Shown: positions 9,228 through 19,546 of the stretch, piece after piece
Layout of the letters: every line of letters starts with the position of its first letter
Numbering within the stretch: position 1 is the first letter of the stretch
From: Acidimicrobiales bacterium
GTDB lineage: Bacteria; Actinomycetota; Acidimicrobiia; Acidimicrobiales; VFJN01
DNA length: 55,140 nucleotides
Assembly (NCBI GenBank): GCA_050744525.1
Contig: JBOGHG010000001.1
Location: 1-55,140 of the forward strand
Direction: 5' to 3'
Position numbers and translations under genes: made by a program
The notes under the pieces: generated by a model
What the model was told of the DNA's origin: nothing
Seen by the model: only the letters and a program-made list of their open reading frames with translations
The model's database searches: none

Positions 9228-9551
9228 TCAGACCTTGAAGATCACGATGTACGTCGCGCCGGTGTCGGTCGCGAAGTCTGCGTGGGTCGAGTTGGCGGCG
9301 GCGGCGTAGCCGTCGCCGGCGATCATCTCGCGACCCTGGTTCCTGACGGAGCCCTCGACGAGGTAGAAGAACTCGGGGTGACCGTGGACATGCGGGTCGC
9401 CCTCGTATCCCGCGTCGGCCTGGACGTACGTGACCATGTAGCCGTCGGCCGAGCCCAGGATCTTGGCCCTGGCGTTCCCTTTCGTACCCCAGGGCACCCA
9501 GTCAGCCGACTTTGCCGTCTGGATGTCCCAGCCCTCGAGGGAGATGTCCAT
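9228..9551 (-). CDS. Cupin-domain protein
   Basis: 107 aa with the GDPHVHGHPEFFYLVEG cupin motif 1. The ATG at 9551 is preceded by AAGGAG. The remaining 5' part of track ORF 9228-10241 is a shadow. Confidence 0.75.
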   Translation of the reverse strand: MDISLEGWDIQTAKSADWVPWGTKGNARAKILGSADGYMVTYVQADAGYEGDPHVHGHPEFFYLVEGSVRNQGREMIAGDGYAAAANSTHADFATDTGATYIVIFKV

Positions 9552-9616
9552 GTGTGGCTCCTTTGCTTGATCCGGCGATGCGGTATATGGAACAGGCCTC
9601 GTTGGTTGCCGGAGCA

Positions 9617-10615
9617 CTATGCGACCAGGACGGCGGCGCCGGTGAGTCGGTCGTTGGCCAGGTCGGCCAGCGCCCGGTCGGCCGCATCCAGCGGGTAGGG
9701 CGTGGCCGTCACGCGCAGGTCGAGGCGGGCGGCGAGGGCCAGGAACTCCTCGCCGTCGGCCCGGGTGTTGGCGGTGACGCTGCGGATCTGGCGCTCCTGG
9801 AACAGGTGGCGTTGGTAGTCGAGCGGCGGCACGTCGCTCAGGTGGATGCCGGCGATGGCCAGCGTGCCGCCCCGGTCCAGCGCCGCCAGGGCGGGCGGCA
9901 CCAGATCGCCGGCGGGCGCGAACAGGATGGCGGCGTCGAGCGGCTCCGGGGGCGCGGCGTCGGCGGGCCCGGCGGAGTGTGCCCCCAGGTCGAGTGCGTG
10001 CCGGCGGGCGGCCGCCGCCCGCGTCAGGACGTGCACGGTGGCGCCCTGGGCCAGCGCCACCTGGGTGGCGAGATGGGCCGAAGCCCCGAACCCGTAGATG
10101 CCGAGCCGGCCCCCCGGTGGCAGCTCGGCCCGGCGCAGCGCCCGATAGCCGATGATGCCGGCGCACAACAGCGGCGCGGCGTGGACGTCGTCGAACCCGT
10201 CGGGTAGCTCGTAGGCGTACGCCTCGTCGACCACGGCCCACTGGGCGTACCCGCCGTCAGCATCCCAGCCGGTGAAGCGCGGGGCGACGCACAGGTTCTC
10301 CCGCCCTCGGCGGCACCACCGGCACCGTCCGCAGGTGTGGCGCAGCCAGGCGATGCCCGCCCGCTGGCCCGTGCGGAACCGGCCGGTGCCGGCACCGACG
10401 GCGTCGACCGTGCCGACGACCTCGTGCCCGGGAACGGTCGAGGGTCGGTGGGGCGCCAGGTCGCCCTCGGCGAGATGGAGGTCGGTGCGGCACACGCCGC
10501 AGGCGATGACCCGCACCCGGATCTCGCCCGGCCCGGGTTCGGGCATGGGACGGTCCACGGTCACGAGGGGGCCCGTGGCCATGGGCCCGGGCGTGTCGAC
10601 CACCCAAGCCTTCAT
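9617..10615 (-). CDS. Zinc-dependent alcohol dehydrogenase family protein
   Basis: Motifs [15 protein letters not shown], structural-Zn cysteines [15 protein letters not shown], and [12 protein letters not shown] at 10615 follows GGAGGCG. Confidence 0.9.
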   Translation of the reverse strand: MKAWVVDTPGPMATGPLVTVDRPMPEPGPGEIRVRVIACGVCRTDLHLAEGDLAPHRPSTVPGHEVVGTVDAVGAGTGRFRTGQRAGIAWLRHTCGRCRWCRRGRENLCVAPRFTGWDADGGYAQWAVVDEAYAYELPDGFDDVHAAPLLCAGIIGYRALRRAELPPGGRLGIYGFGASAHLATQVALAQGATVHVLTRAAAARRHALDLGAHSAGPADAAPPEPLDAAILFAPAGDLVPPALAALDRGGTLAIAGIHLSDVPPLDYQRHLFQERQIRSVTANTRADGEEFLALAARLDLRVTATPYPLDAADRALADLANDRLTGAAVLVA

Positions 10616-10705
10616 GACGCCTCCCTGGTCTCGACGCACAGTTCACCATTGAGCGCCTTCATTCTGGATGGACGCGAGCGCGCAGAGGCGCTAGGTACCG
10701 GTCCG

Positions 10706-11047
10706 ATGGTGACGATCGACGAGGTGCGGGAGCTGGCGCTCACGCTTCCCCGGACCGAGGAGGCGCTGGTCCGGGACCGGGTGAAGTTCCGGATCGGGCG
10801 GATCGTCTACCTGGCGTTCTCCCGGGACGAGACGCTCATGGGGTTCGCCTTCCCCAAGCAGGAGCGGCAGGCCCTGATCGACGCCGAGCCCCACAAGTTC
10901 GTGATGCCGAAGCGCTCCGACCAGCGCTACAACTGGGTGGTCGTCCGGCTCGAGGACATCGACGACGTGGAGATGCGCGAGATCGTGCTCGACGCGTGGC
11001 GCATGGTCGTGCCCAAACGGGTGGCGGCCGAGCACCTCGGCGACTAG
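10706..11047 (+). CDS. MmcQ/YjbR-family DNA-binding protein
   Basis: 113 aa: MVTIDEVRELALTLPRTEE... VKFRIGRIVYLAF ... is the characteristic YjbR pattern. Confidence 0.7.
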   Translation: MVTIDEVRELALTLPRTEEALVRDRVKFRIGRIVYLAFSRDETLMGFAFPKQERQALIDAEPHKFVMPKRSDQRYNWVVVRLEDIDDVEMREIVLDAWRMVVPKRVAAEHLGD

Positions 11048-11125
11048 GCGGCGACTGAGCACGGCACCGGGCCGACCGATAAGCGGGTCGTGGCTCGTCC
11101 GCGATCCGGGCACAATCCTCGGGTG

Positions 11126-14017
11126 ATGGATGCTCAGGTCCTGACCGACGCCGGCGTGTCGAGCCGCGAAGCCGACGTGCTCTCCGGTGTCGCCGAGCAC
11201 CTCACCAACGCCGAGATCGCCGCTCGCCTGTTCATCTCGGTGCGCACTGTCGAGAGCCATGTGTCATCGCTGCTCCGCAAGCTCGGCGTCGCCGACCGCC
11301 GCCAGCTCGCCAACTACGCCGCCACGCTCGCCGGGGCCGCCCACTCGGGGCCCGGAACGCACGGCGCCGATGCGGTCGGCGCAGGCGTCCCCGCCGCCCG
11401 GCCCCTGGCGCCGGCGATCCCCACGCCGCTCACCTCGTTCGTGGGCCGGGCGGCCGAGCGGGCGGCGCTGGGGGCGGCCATCGCCGGGCACCGGCTCGTC
11501 ACCGCCGCCGGCCCCGGGGGCGTGGGCAAGACCCGGCTCGCCATCGCGGTCGCCGCCGAGACGGTCGAGTCCGCCGACGCGGTCTGGTTCGTCGACCTGG
11601 TCCCGATCTCCGATCCCGGGATGGTGGCGGCCGCCGTGGCCGCGGTGCTCGGCGTGGCCGAGCGGCCGGGTGGCACCATCGAGGACGCCGTGCTGGCCCG
11701 CCTCGGCAGGGCCGAGGCGTTGATCGTGCTCGACAACTGCGAGCACCTCGTCGACGGCGTCGCCGTCTTCGTGGAGCGGCTGCTGGCGACCTGCCCCGGG
11801 GTGCGGGTGCTCGCCACCAGCCGCACCCGGCTCATGATGCCCTTTGAGCACGTCTTCCCGGTCCCGGGCATGTCGCTCGAGGCCGACGAGGACGACGGTG
11901 GCGGCGACGCGGTCGCCCTGTTCCTCGAGCGGGCCCGGTCGGCCGCAGGGTTCGAGCCCGGGCCCGGCGACCTGGCGCGCATCGCCGGGGTGTGCCGCTC
12001 GCTCGACGGCATGGCGCTCGCCATCGAGCTCGCCGCCGCCCGCCTGGCCACGCTGGGGCTCGACGGCGTCGAGTCGGGACTCGCCGATGCGCTGCGGATG
12101 TTGTCGGGCGGCTCGCGCCTCGACGAGCGGCACAGCTCCTTGCGCTCCACGATCGACTGGAGCTATGCCCTCCTCGAGCCAGCCGAACAGGCGCTGCTCC
12201 GGCGGGTGTCGGTCTTCGCGGCGCCGTTCACCGCCGAAGCCGCCGCCGAGGTGGCCGGCTTCCCGCCGGTGGACGCGGCCGTGGCGGACGGGCTGGCACG
12301 GTTGGCCGACAACAGCCTGGCCGTCGCCAGGCCGGGCTTCGAGACCCGCTACCGGGTGCTGGAGACGATCCGCCAGTACGGCGTCAACCAGTTGGACCAG
12401 GTCGGCGAGCTCGAGGACGTACGCGCCCGGCACCTGCGCTGGTGTGTGGCGACGGCGGACACGCTCGTCCGGCGGGCTGACGCAGATGTCGAGGACTACG
12501 TTCATGCCCGGGTTGGGGACGAGGGCTGGCGCGGCGCCTTCGATCTGGTTGCCGACGACCTGCGCGCCGGGTTCGCCTGGGCCAAGGAGCGGCCCCAGCT
12601 ACGCGTCGACGGACACTGTCTGGCGTTGCTGCTGGCACGGCTGACATTCCTGCGGGGCCTGCCCGCCGAGGCGCAGCGCCGCTTCGAGGAGGCGGCGACC
12701 CTCACCGACGACCCCGCGGCCCGGGTCACCGCACTCAACGACGCCGCCGGCGCCGCCATGTGCCGCCACGTCGGCAACGACACGTTCCGGCTGTGGCGGC
12801 AGGCCGCCGACATCGCCGCGCGGGCTGGCGACGGGGTGACGGCCGCGCACAACCTCGCGATCGCGGCGACGCTGATCAACCGGGGCCCGGGCATCATGGC
12901 CGAGGTCCCGCCCCCCGAGGTCGTCGACGAGCTGATCCGGGAGGCGGTGGTGCTGGCGGGCGGTTCGCCCATGGCCGAGCCGTCGATCCTCACCGCTCAG
13001 GCGTTCAACGGCGACGAGCTCGACCCGGTCACGCACGAGCTGGCCGAGCGCGCCGTCACGCTGGCCCGGCGGGTCGGTGACGCGTACGACGAGAGCGCGG
13101 CGCTCGACGAGCTGTCGGCCGTCCACCTGGCGGGGGGCGACGTCCCCGCCGCGGTTGCCACCGTGCGTGCCCGGATCGAGCTGCTGAAGCGCATCCCGCT
13201 GGGACCGGTCAGCGGAATGGAGTTCTCCGACTGCTACGCCATGGCGTCGGAGATCAGCCTGGCCGCCGGCGACTTCGTTGCCGCCCGGACCTATGCGGAC
13301 CGGTTGGCGTCGCTGCCGTTCGTGACCGAGCTCGACCACATCGCCAGCGCCCGCCGCATCAAGGTCGACGCCATGGCCGGCGACCTCGACGCCGTCGTGG
13401 CAGCCGCCGAGCGGTTCCGCCGGGCATGGGAGCAGGCGGGACGCCCGGTGGCGGGCAACCTGGCGGGCGCCGCCCTGGCGGTGGCGATGGTCCACGGCCT
13501 GCGCGGCAACGAGCGCCTGAGCGCCGAATGGCGGGACCGCACGGTCGCCATCGGCATGACCGCCGAACGCCTCGACAGCCCCCTCAGCGGCTACGGGCCG
13601 ACGTTCGACGCGATCGTCCACCTGCACGTCGGCGACATCGATGCCGCCGTCGCCCGGTTGGCCGTCGATCCCGACCGGCTGCGCACCTGGTTCAGCGGTG
13701 AGTGGCGCCCGTGGTACGCGGCCCTGTGGGCCGAGGCCGCGATGCTTGCCGGGCTTCCCGACGCCGCCGAGCGCATCGAGCGGGCCCGGCTGTTCGTCGC
13801 CGCCAATCCGGTGGCGGCGGCGATGGTCGATCGCGCCGCGGCGTTCGCCACCGGCGACAGCGACCGGATCGTGGCGGCCGCCGCCACGATGGAACCGACG
13901 GGGTGCCGTTACCAATGGGCGCGGACCCTGGTGATGGCGGGTGGCGAGCATCGGGACGCCGGGGCGGCCGCCCTCGAGCGCATGGGTGCCACACCGATGG
14001 GTATGCCCCCGTCGTGA
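11126..14017 (+). CDS. Large LuxR-family regulator: N-terminal HTH + NB-ARC/STAND P-loop ATPase + TPR-like C-terminus
   Basis: LuxR HTH sits at the N-terminus (READVLSGVAEHLTNAEIAARLFISVRTVESHVSSLLRKLGV). Walker A is GPGGVGKTRLA and Walker B is ALIVLDNCEH, followed by a long helical repeat region. An alternative GTG start lies at 11090. Confidence 0.85.
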   Translation: MDAQVLTDAGVSSREADVLSGVAEHLTNAEIAARLFISVRTVESHVSSLLRKLGVADRRQLANYAATLAGAAHSGPGTHGADAVGAGVPAARPLAPAIPTPLTSFVGRAAERAALGAAIAGHRLVTAAGPGGVGKTRLAIAVAAETVESADAVWFVDLVPISDPGMVAAAVAAVLGVAERPGGTIEDAVLARLGRAEALIVLDNCEHLVDGVAVFVERLLATCPGVRVLATSRTRLMMPFEHVFPVPGMSLEADEDDGGGDAVALFLERARSAAGFEPGPGDLARIAGVCRSLDGMALAIELAAARLATLGLDGVESGLADALRMLSGGSRLDERHSSLRSTIDWSYALLEPAEQALLRRVSVFAAPFTAEAAAEVAGFPPVDAAVADGLARLADNSLAVARPGFETRYRVLETIRQYGVNQLDQVGELEDVRARHLRWCVATADTLVRRADADVEDYVHARVGDEGWRGAFDLVADDLRAGFAWAKERPQLRVDGHCLALLLARLTFLRGLPAEAQRRFEEAATLTDDPAARVTALNDAAGAAMCRHVGNDTFRLWRQAADIAARAGDGVTAAHNLAIAATLINRGPGIMAEVPPPEVVDELIREAVVLAGGSPMAEPSILTAQAFNGDELDPVTHELAERAVTLARRVGDAYDESAALDELSAVHLAGGDVPAAVATVRARIELLKRIPLGPVSGMEFSDCYAMASEISLAAGDFVAARTYADRLASLPFVTELDHIASARRIKVDAMAGDLDAVVAAAERFRRAWEQAGRPVAGNLAGAALAVAMVHGLRGNERLSAEWRDRTVAIGMTAERLDSPLSGYGPTFDAIVHLHVGDIDAAVARLAVDPDRLRTWFSGEWRPWYAALWAEAAMLAGLPDAAERIERARLFVAANPVAAAMVDRAAAFATGDSDRIVAAAATMEPTGCRYQWARTLVMAGGEHRDAGAAALERMGATPMGMPPS

Positions 14018-14517
14018 ACCGCTCGGCTGCGTGGCGCGCCGTACGCGGCGCTGGCCTGGGCGGGCTGGTGCTGTTCGGAGCCATCCAGCTCGTGCCGTAC
14101 GGTTGGCGCCACTCCAACCCGGCGATCACGCAGGACGCCCCGTGGCCGGACGCCGAGGCCGAGCGGATTGCGCGCTCGTCCTGCTACGCCTGCCACAGCA
14201 ACGAAACCGACTGGCCGTTGTACTCGTACGTTGCCCCGATGTCGTGGTTGGTGCGCCGCGACGTCGAGTCGGGGCGCGACAAGCTGAACTTCTCGGAGTG
14301 GGAACGCGAAGATGGCGATGCCGACAAGGCGATCGAAACGATCCTCGAGGGATCGAAGGCCCCCGACCGCTACACCATGATCCACCGCGATGCCCGGTTG
14401 ACCGACGCGGAGGCGGACCGCCTCGTCGCCGCCCTCGAGGCGCTGGAGGGCCAGCGGGGCGACGGCAACGGCGGCCGGGACGCGGGACTGATGACGGGCG
14501 GGCGGGGAGGACGGTGA
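14014..14517 (+). CDS. Heme-binding-domain (Haem_bd-type) membrane protein
   Basis: GTG at 14014 overlaps the regulator stop (GTGA). TM segment GLGGLVLFGAIQLVPYGW, then SSCYACHSNETDWPLYSYVAPMSWLV, which is the CxxCH-containing motif typical of this family. Confidence 0.7.
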   Translation: MNRSAAWRAVRGAGLGGLVLFGAIQLVPYGWRHSNPAITQDAPWPDAEAERIARSSCYACHSNETDWPLYSYVAPMSWLVRRDVESGRDKLNFSEWEREDGDADKAIETILEGSKAPDRYTMIHRDARLTDAEADRLVAALEALEGQRGDGNGGRDAGLMTGGRGGR

Positions 14518-14524
14518 CGACTGA

Positions 14525-15466
14525 ATGAGCGAGCCGCTGGAGCTGGGCCCGGTCCTGCACATCGACGAGGCCGAGGTGCGGGTCGGCACCTGCTCGTGGA
14601 CCGACAAGACCCTGATCAAGGGCACCAACTGGTACCCGAAGCGCTCGATGAGCGCCGCCGAGCGGCTCGCCTACTACAGCGCCCGTTTCTCGGTGGTCGA
14701 GGCCGACAGCACCTACTACGGCCCGCCATCGCGCCAGCTGGCCGAGGGGTGGGCCGAGCGCACACCCGACGGCTTCCGCATGAACGTCAAGGCCTACTCG
14801 ATGATGACGGGCCACCCCACCAAGCCCGAGACCCTGTGGCCTGACATCGCCGAGGCACTCGAGCCGGGGGCGGCCGCCAAGCGCAACGTGTACCCCCACC
14901 ATCTCCCCGCCGAAGCGGTCGACGAGGTGTGGGCCCGGTTCGCCGACGCCCTCCAGCCGCTGCAGGCAACCGGGCGGCTGGGATCGATCCTGCTTCAGTA
15001 CCCGCCCTGGTTCACGCCCAAGCGCGACAACCGTGACGAGCTGGCCCGGGCCCGCGAGCGGCTGGGTGATCTGCCCGCCTGCGTGGAGTTGCGGTCGCCG
15101 TTGTGGTTCGGCAAGGACGACGTGGACCGGACGCTCGGTTGGCTGTCGGACCACGACCTGGCGCTGGTCAACGTGGATGCCCCCGAGGTCAGCAAGTTGC
15201 CCCGCCTGGCGGCGGCGACGACGGATCTCGCGCTGGTGCGGTTCCATGGCCGCGCCGACGACACCTGGAAGGGACGGGCAGCGTCCGCCGCCGAGCGGTT
15301 CCGCTACCTGTACGACAAGCGTGAGCTCCGCCCGTGGATCGAGCGGGTGCAGGAGCTGGCCCGCGACACCCGCGAGGTCCACGTCCTGATGAACAACTGC
15401 TACGAGGACTACGGGGTGCGCAACGCCGCCGACATCACCGACCTGCTGGCATCGGTGGTCGACTGA
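14525..15466 (+). CDS. DUF72 (YecE-like) family protein
   Basis: Motifs VRVGTCSWTDK, FSVVEADSTYY and the LLQYPPWF pattern typical of DUF72. Confidence 0.85.
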   Translation: MSEPLELGPVLHIDEAEVRVGTCSWTDKTLIKGTNWYPKRSMSAAERLAYYSARFSVVEADSTYYGPPSRQLAEGWAERTPDGFRMNVKAYSMMTGHPTKPETLWPDIAEALEPGAAAKRNVYPHHLPAEAVDEVWARFADALQPLQATGRLGSILLQYPPWFTPKRDNRDELARARERLGDLPACVELRSPLWFGKDDVDRTLGWLSDHDLALVNVDAPEVSKLPRLAAATTDLALVRFHGRADDTWKGRAASAAERFRYLYDKRELRPWIERVQELARDTREVHVLMNNCYEDYGVRNAADITDLLASVVD

Positions 15467-15492
15467 CCGTCAGGCTGACGTTTGGGGGACCG

Positions 15493-16119
15493 ATGGACGC
15501 CTCGCTCACCGACAATCGCGACCTGCGCAACCGCCTGCTCGAGGCCGGCAACGCCGTGTTCGGCGAGGTCGGCTACACGGGGGCCACCGTCGACGACCTC
15601 ATCGAGCACGCGTCGACCTCACGAGCCACCTTCTACCGCTACTTCCGCAACAAGGACGACCTGTTCAACGAGCTGAGCCGCGCCTGCTTCCGTGACATGA
15701 AGGCGATCGTCGAGGAGCTGGGCCGCGTCCGGGCGGGTGAGATCGACCCGCGGGAGATCGAAGAGGTCCTGCGCCACTACCGCGATCTGCATGGCGGCCA
15801 CGCCGGTGTGTTCAGGGCCTGGTGGGAGCGGGTCGTCCGGCTGGATCCCGAGGTGCCGGCCGAGGAAGGCCACGTGTTCAACCGTTTGGTCGAGAGCCTC
15901 ACCCGGTTCGTGAGCGCTGCCCGGGTGGAGTCGCTGGTCGCACCCGAGGTGCAGGCGGCCCTGCTCTACCTGCTGATCGAGGGCTCGTACTCGGCGGTGA
16001 CGTCGCGCTGGTCGCGCATCGACCCCGACACGTTGGCGCCCACGCTCGCGCGGATGGTCCACCGCACCTATCTGGGTGGCGCTGCGCCGCGCCGCGCCAG
16101 CCGCCTGCGGTTCGTCTGA
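15493..16119 (+). CDS. TetR-family transcriptional regulator
   Basis: HTH YTGATVDDLIEHASTSRATFYRYFRNKDDLF, with ATG at 15493. Confidence 0.85.
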   Translation: MDASLTDNRDLRNRLLEAGNAVFGEVGYTGATVDDLIEHASTSRATFYRYFRNKDDLFNELSRACFRDMKAIVEELGRVRAGEIDPREIEEVLRHYRDLHGGHAGVFRAWWERVVRLDPEVPAEEGHVFNRLVESLTRFVSAARVESLVAPEVQAALLYLLIEGSYSAVTSRWSRIDPDTLAPTLARMVHRTYLGGAAPRRASRLRFV

Positions 16120-16152
16120 GGCGACGGGCATCTCACCGCCGGTCGCACCCCG

Positions 16153-16860
16153 TCAGGTCGCCCGGCCCGGAGCCTCCGCCGGCTCGTCCGATCCGAAGAC
16201 CGAGCGATGGACGAGCTCGGTCAGGCCGTCGACCAGCTCGTCGAACGAGACGACGAGCTGCCCCCGATGCATCGACCTCGTGGCGCGGTCGATCAGGTTG
16301 TAGATGCAGACGGCCGCCAGGTAGGGATCGATGTCGGCGGCGTCGGCCGCCCTGATGCGGTCCGCCAACGCCGTGGTCCAGCGTCGCTGCGCCCGCAGCC
16401 CCTGCTTGGTGATGCGCGGATCTGCGTCCTCCACGATGGCGTCGAGCAGCGCGGCGTGGATGGCCGAGTGCTCCAGGAAGAGGCCGCACACCTCCGAGAG
16501 CCAGGCGCGCAGTGCGCCGAAGCCGGCCGGCCCGGGCTCGAAGTCCGGCATCTTGCCGAGGAGGTCGTCCATGCCGGCGACGATCTCGTCCTGCATGGCG
16601 ACCAGCAGGTCGTCCTTGCCGTCGAAATAGACGTAGAAGGTGCCGTGGGATGTGCGGGCCCGCTTGGCGACCCGTGCCACCCGGGCGCCGTGGTAGCTGT
16701 GGGCGGAGAACTCCGCCACGGCGGCGTCGAGCAGGCGGGTCAGCGTCCGGCGGCCGCGCTCACGGCTCGTGCGGGCGTCGAGCACGCGGCGCCAGCGCTC
16801 CGTCGACCCCCCGGCGCCGTGCGACACGAGTGTCAAGTTAGCCCGCGGGCCGCGCGGCAC
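16153..16860 (-). CDS. TetR-family transcriptional regulator (start uncertain)
   Basis: HTH YHGARVARVAKRARTSHGTFYVYFDGKDDLL. GTG at 16860. Downstream in-frame TTG and GTG starts are also possible. Confidence 0.8.
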   Translation of the reverse strand: MPRGPRANLTLVSHGAGGSTERWRRVLDARTSRERGRRTLTRLLDAAVAEFSAHSYHGARVARVAKRARTSHGTFYVYFDGKDDLLVAMQDEIVAGMDDLLGKMPDFEPGPAGFGALRAWLSEVCGLFLEHSAIHAALLDAIVEDADPRITKQGLRAQRRWTTALADRIRAADAADIDPYLAAVCIYNLIDRATRSMHRGQLVVSFDELVDGLTELVHRSVFGSDEPAEAPGRAT

Positions 16861-16878
16861 CCGAGGGGTTCGCGCGAC

Positions 16879-17691
16879 CTACGACCCGCGGAAGGTGGGC
16901 TTGCGCTTGGCGACGAACGCGGCCGCCGCCTCCCGGTGGTCGTCGCTGACGAACGTGGCGCCCTCGAGCAGCAATCCGGTGTCCATCAGCAGGCTCATCC
17001 GGTCGCGCACGATGCGGTTCAACGTCGCCTTGGTGCCCTGCACGGCCAGGGGCGCCCCATCCGCCAGGCGCCAGGCCAGGGCGGTGGCTTCGTCCAGGAG
17101 CTGCTCCCCGGGCACGGCCTTGAGGATCATGCCGAGGCGAGCCGCCTCGGCGCCGGTGATCGGATCTCCGGTGAGCAGGTACCACTTGGCGGCGCCGAAC
17201 GGCATGATCAGCGGCCACATCACCGCGCCTCCATCGCCGGCCACGAGCGCCACGTTCACGTGGGTGTCCGCGAACTGGGCGTCCTCGGCCGCCACCACGA
17301 CGTCACAGAACAGTGCGATCGTGGCCCCGAGACCCATGGCGTGGCCGTGCACCGCCGCGACGACCGGCTGGGGCACGCCCAGGATCGCCTCGAGGAGCTC
17401 GGTGGCGTCGAGGGTGTGGAGCACGGTGTGAGCGGGGCGCGAGGGCGTGGCGCCCGAGGCACGCTCGTCGAAGCCCTTGACGTCGCCGCCCACGCAGAAC
17501 GCTCGCCCTTCGCCTCGCAAGAGGATGGCCCCCACGGAGTCGTCTCCACCGGCGCGGCCGAGGATCTCCGTGAACTCCGCGTGGAACCCGCCGCCCACGG
17601 CGTTCAGCCGATCGGGCCGGTTGAACGACACCGTCAGCAGGCGCCCGTCCTGGCGCGCCAGCATCGTCTCGAACTCGCCCCAGTCAGGCAT
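16879..17691 (-). CDS. Enoyl-CoA hydratase/isomerase (crotonase) family protein
   Basis: Motifs TVSFNRPDRLNAV, GEGRAFCVGGD and AAVHGHAMGLG. ATG at 17691 follows GGGAGGA. Confidence 0.85.
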   Translation of the reverse strand: MPDWGEFETMLARQDGRLLTVSFNRPDRLNAVGGGFHAEFTEILGRAGGDDSVGAILLRGEGRAFCVGGDVKGFDERASGATPSRPAHTVLHTLDATELLEAILGVPQPVVAAVHGHAMGLGATIALFCDVVVAAEDAQFADTHVNVALVAGDGGAVMWPLIMPFGAAKWYLLTGDPITGAEAARLGMILKAVPGEQLLDEATALAWRLADGAPLAVQGTKATLNRIVRDRMSLLMDTGLLLEGATFVSDDHREAAAAFVAKRKPTFRGS

Positions 17692-17754
17692 TGTCGTCCT
17701 CCCTGCGCGCGGCCCCGGCGATGGGCGCCATCCCTCGCATGACCACGACGCCGG

Positions 17755-18957
17755 CTACCGGGTGATGCCGTACCGCTCGAGCCCGAAGGCGCGGATGGCG
17801 TTGCCGCGCAGCAGCTTGTAGGTCTCGTCCTCGTCCAGCCCCGCGTTGCGGCAGATCTCGTCGGCGACCGCCTCGGAGTGCGGGAACGTGCTGTCGGCGT
17901 GCGGGTAGTCGGTCTCGAAGCAGATCGTGTCCATGCCGATGCGGTCGCGGTTGGCCAGGCCCGTCTCGTCGTCGAAGATGCAGCCGTAGACCCGTCCGCG
18001 GATGTAGCTGGTCGGCGGTTCGGGGAGGCTGGTGCCGAACGAGTTGTCGGACCGCTCCTCCCACAGCTTGTCCATCCGTTCGAGCAGGTAGGGCATCCAC
18101 CCGACCTGGCCCTCGGAATAGGCGACGACGAGGTCGGGGAACCGCGCCAGCGTGCCCGAGAAGACGAAGTCGAGCAGTGAGCCCATGGCGTTCTGGAACG
18201 TCAGCGTCGAGCTGACGATGAACGGCGCGTCGGGCGTCGTCCCCGGCATCTTCGACGACGAGCCGATGTGTATGCACAGCACGCTGTCGGTCTCCTCGCA
18301 CGCCGCGAACAGCGGGTCCCACTCACCCGAATGGATCGATGGCAGGCCCAGGGGATGCGGGTTCTCCGAGAACGTGATGGCGTGGCAGCCCGCCGCCGCG
18401 CAGCGGCGCACCTCGTCGGCCGCCAACTGCGGGTCCCACAACGGCACCATGGCGAGCGGGATGAGCCGTCCCTTGGCGTCGCCGCCGCACCACTCGTCGA
18501 TCATCCAGTCGTTGTAGGCCTGCACGCACAGCAGGGCCAGGTCCTTGTCGTCACGCTCGGCGAACGTCTGGCCGCAGAAGCGGGGCAGCGTGTTGGGAAA
18601 GCAGATGGATGCGTCCATGTGGTTCGCGTCCATGTCGGCGAGCCGTTCCTTCTGCTGCCAGCAGCCGGGTCGGATCTGGTCGAAGGTCACGGCGCCGAAA
18701 CCCAACTCGTCGAACCCGGCGGCGGCCGACAGCCTCATCAACGGCGAGACGATCCCGTCGTAGTGCCAGACGTCGGCCCACTCGCCGTCGTCGTGGGCGG
18801 TCCACACCAGATCCGTCTTGGCGACGTCGTACGATCCCCTCTCCCGCACGACGCGGGGCCCGCGCTGCTGGTACTTGGCGGGAAGGCGGCTGGACCAGAG
18901 ATCGGGCGGCTCGACGACGTGGTCGTCGACCGAGATGATCCGGGGGATCTGCGTCAT
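17755..18957 (-). CDS. Amidohydrolase-2 (ACMSD-like) family protein
   Basis: Motifs ISVDDHVVEPPDLW and C-terminal ETDYPHADS. ATG at 18957 follows GGGAGGG. The track ORF starts at the GTG at 18975. Confidence 0.8.
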   Translation of the reverse strand: MTQIPRIISVDDHVVEPPDLWSSRLPAKYQQRGPRVVRERGSYDVAKTDLVWTAHDDGEWADVWHYDGIVSPLMRLSAAAGFDELGFGAVTFDQIRPGCWQQKERLADMDANHMDASICFPNTLPRFCGQTFAERDDKDLALLCVQAYNDWMIDEWCGGDAKGRLIPLAMVPLWDPQLAADEVRRCAAAGCHAITFSENPHPLGLPSIHSGEWDPLFAACEETDSVLCIHIGSSSKMPGTTPDAPFIVSSTLTFQNAMGSLLDFVFSGTLARFPDLVVAYSEGQVGWMPYLLERMDKLWEERSDNSFGTSLPEPPTSYIRGRVYGCIFDDETGLANRDRIGMDTICFETDYPHADSTFPHSEAVADEICRNAGLDEDETYKLLRGNAIRAFGLERYGITR

Positions 18958-19132
18958 GCGGTGGCCCTCCCTCACGCGATTCTCTCGGTTTTAACCTCGG
19001 ATTCCCCGGAAACCTCCAGCTCGAGGTCACCCTATCTGTATGTGACAACAGCGTCTAACGGGGTCGGCGTCAGCCGCCGATTCCCAACATCACCCACGTG
19101 GGCGGAGTTGCGGCCGCGCACGGCCCGTCCCC

Positions 19133-19546
19133 TCAGGTGGCCGGCTTCTCGTACACGGAGACGTGTCTCTGGCTGTCATCGTCGAAGGGCTCGCGGTTCC
19201 AGCCTCCCCACCGGTGGCGCAGCCGGAGCCCGGCCAGGCGGGCCCTGAGGTCGAGCTCCGACGGCCAGGCGTAGCGGAGCGCGACAGGCACGAGCCGCAC
19301 GCCGTCGCCGCTGATCACGACGTGCTGGGCGTCGACTCGCTGCTCGATCGGCCGGTGCACTGAGACGTTCAGCCGAACGTAATCGAGGTCCAGGTTCATG
19401 ACGTGCACCCGTTGTCCGTGATCGAAGCGGGCCACGTCGGGGACAAAGCCCTCGAGCGAGAAGCAGCCCCCCGGGGACGCATCGATGCCGTGCACCTCGA
19501 GCCCCCGCTCCGCCAGCGGGATGGCGACTCGCCGGGCGGTCGGCGT
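19133..19546 (-). pseudogene. Remnant of a class I SAM-dependent methyltransferase (5'-truncated, apparent internal deletion)
   Basis: The C-terminal half matches the family pattern ...PGGCFSLEGFVPD...VRLVPVALRYAWPSELDLRARLAGLRLRHRWGGWNREPF...HVSVYEK. Upstream in-frame codons read (stop)TPTARRVAIPLAERGLEVHGIDASP and then run directly into PGGCF. The roughly 70 residues normally between motif I and this segment are absent, as are the start codon and the N-terminus. Confidence 0.6.
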
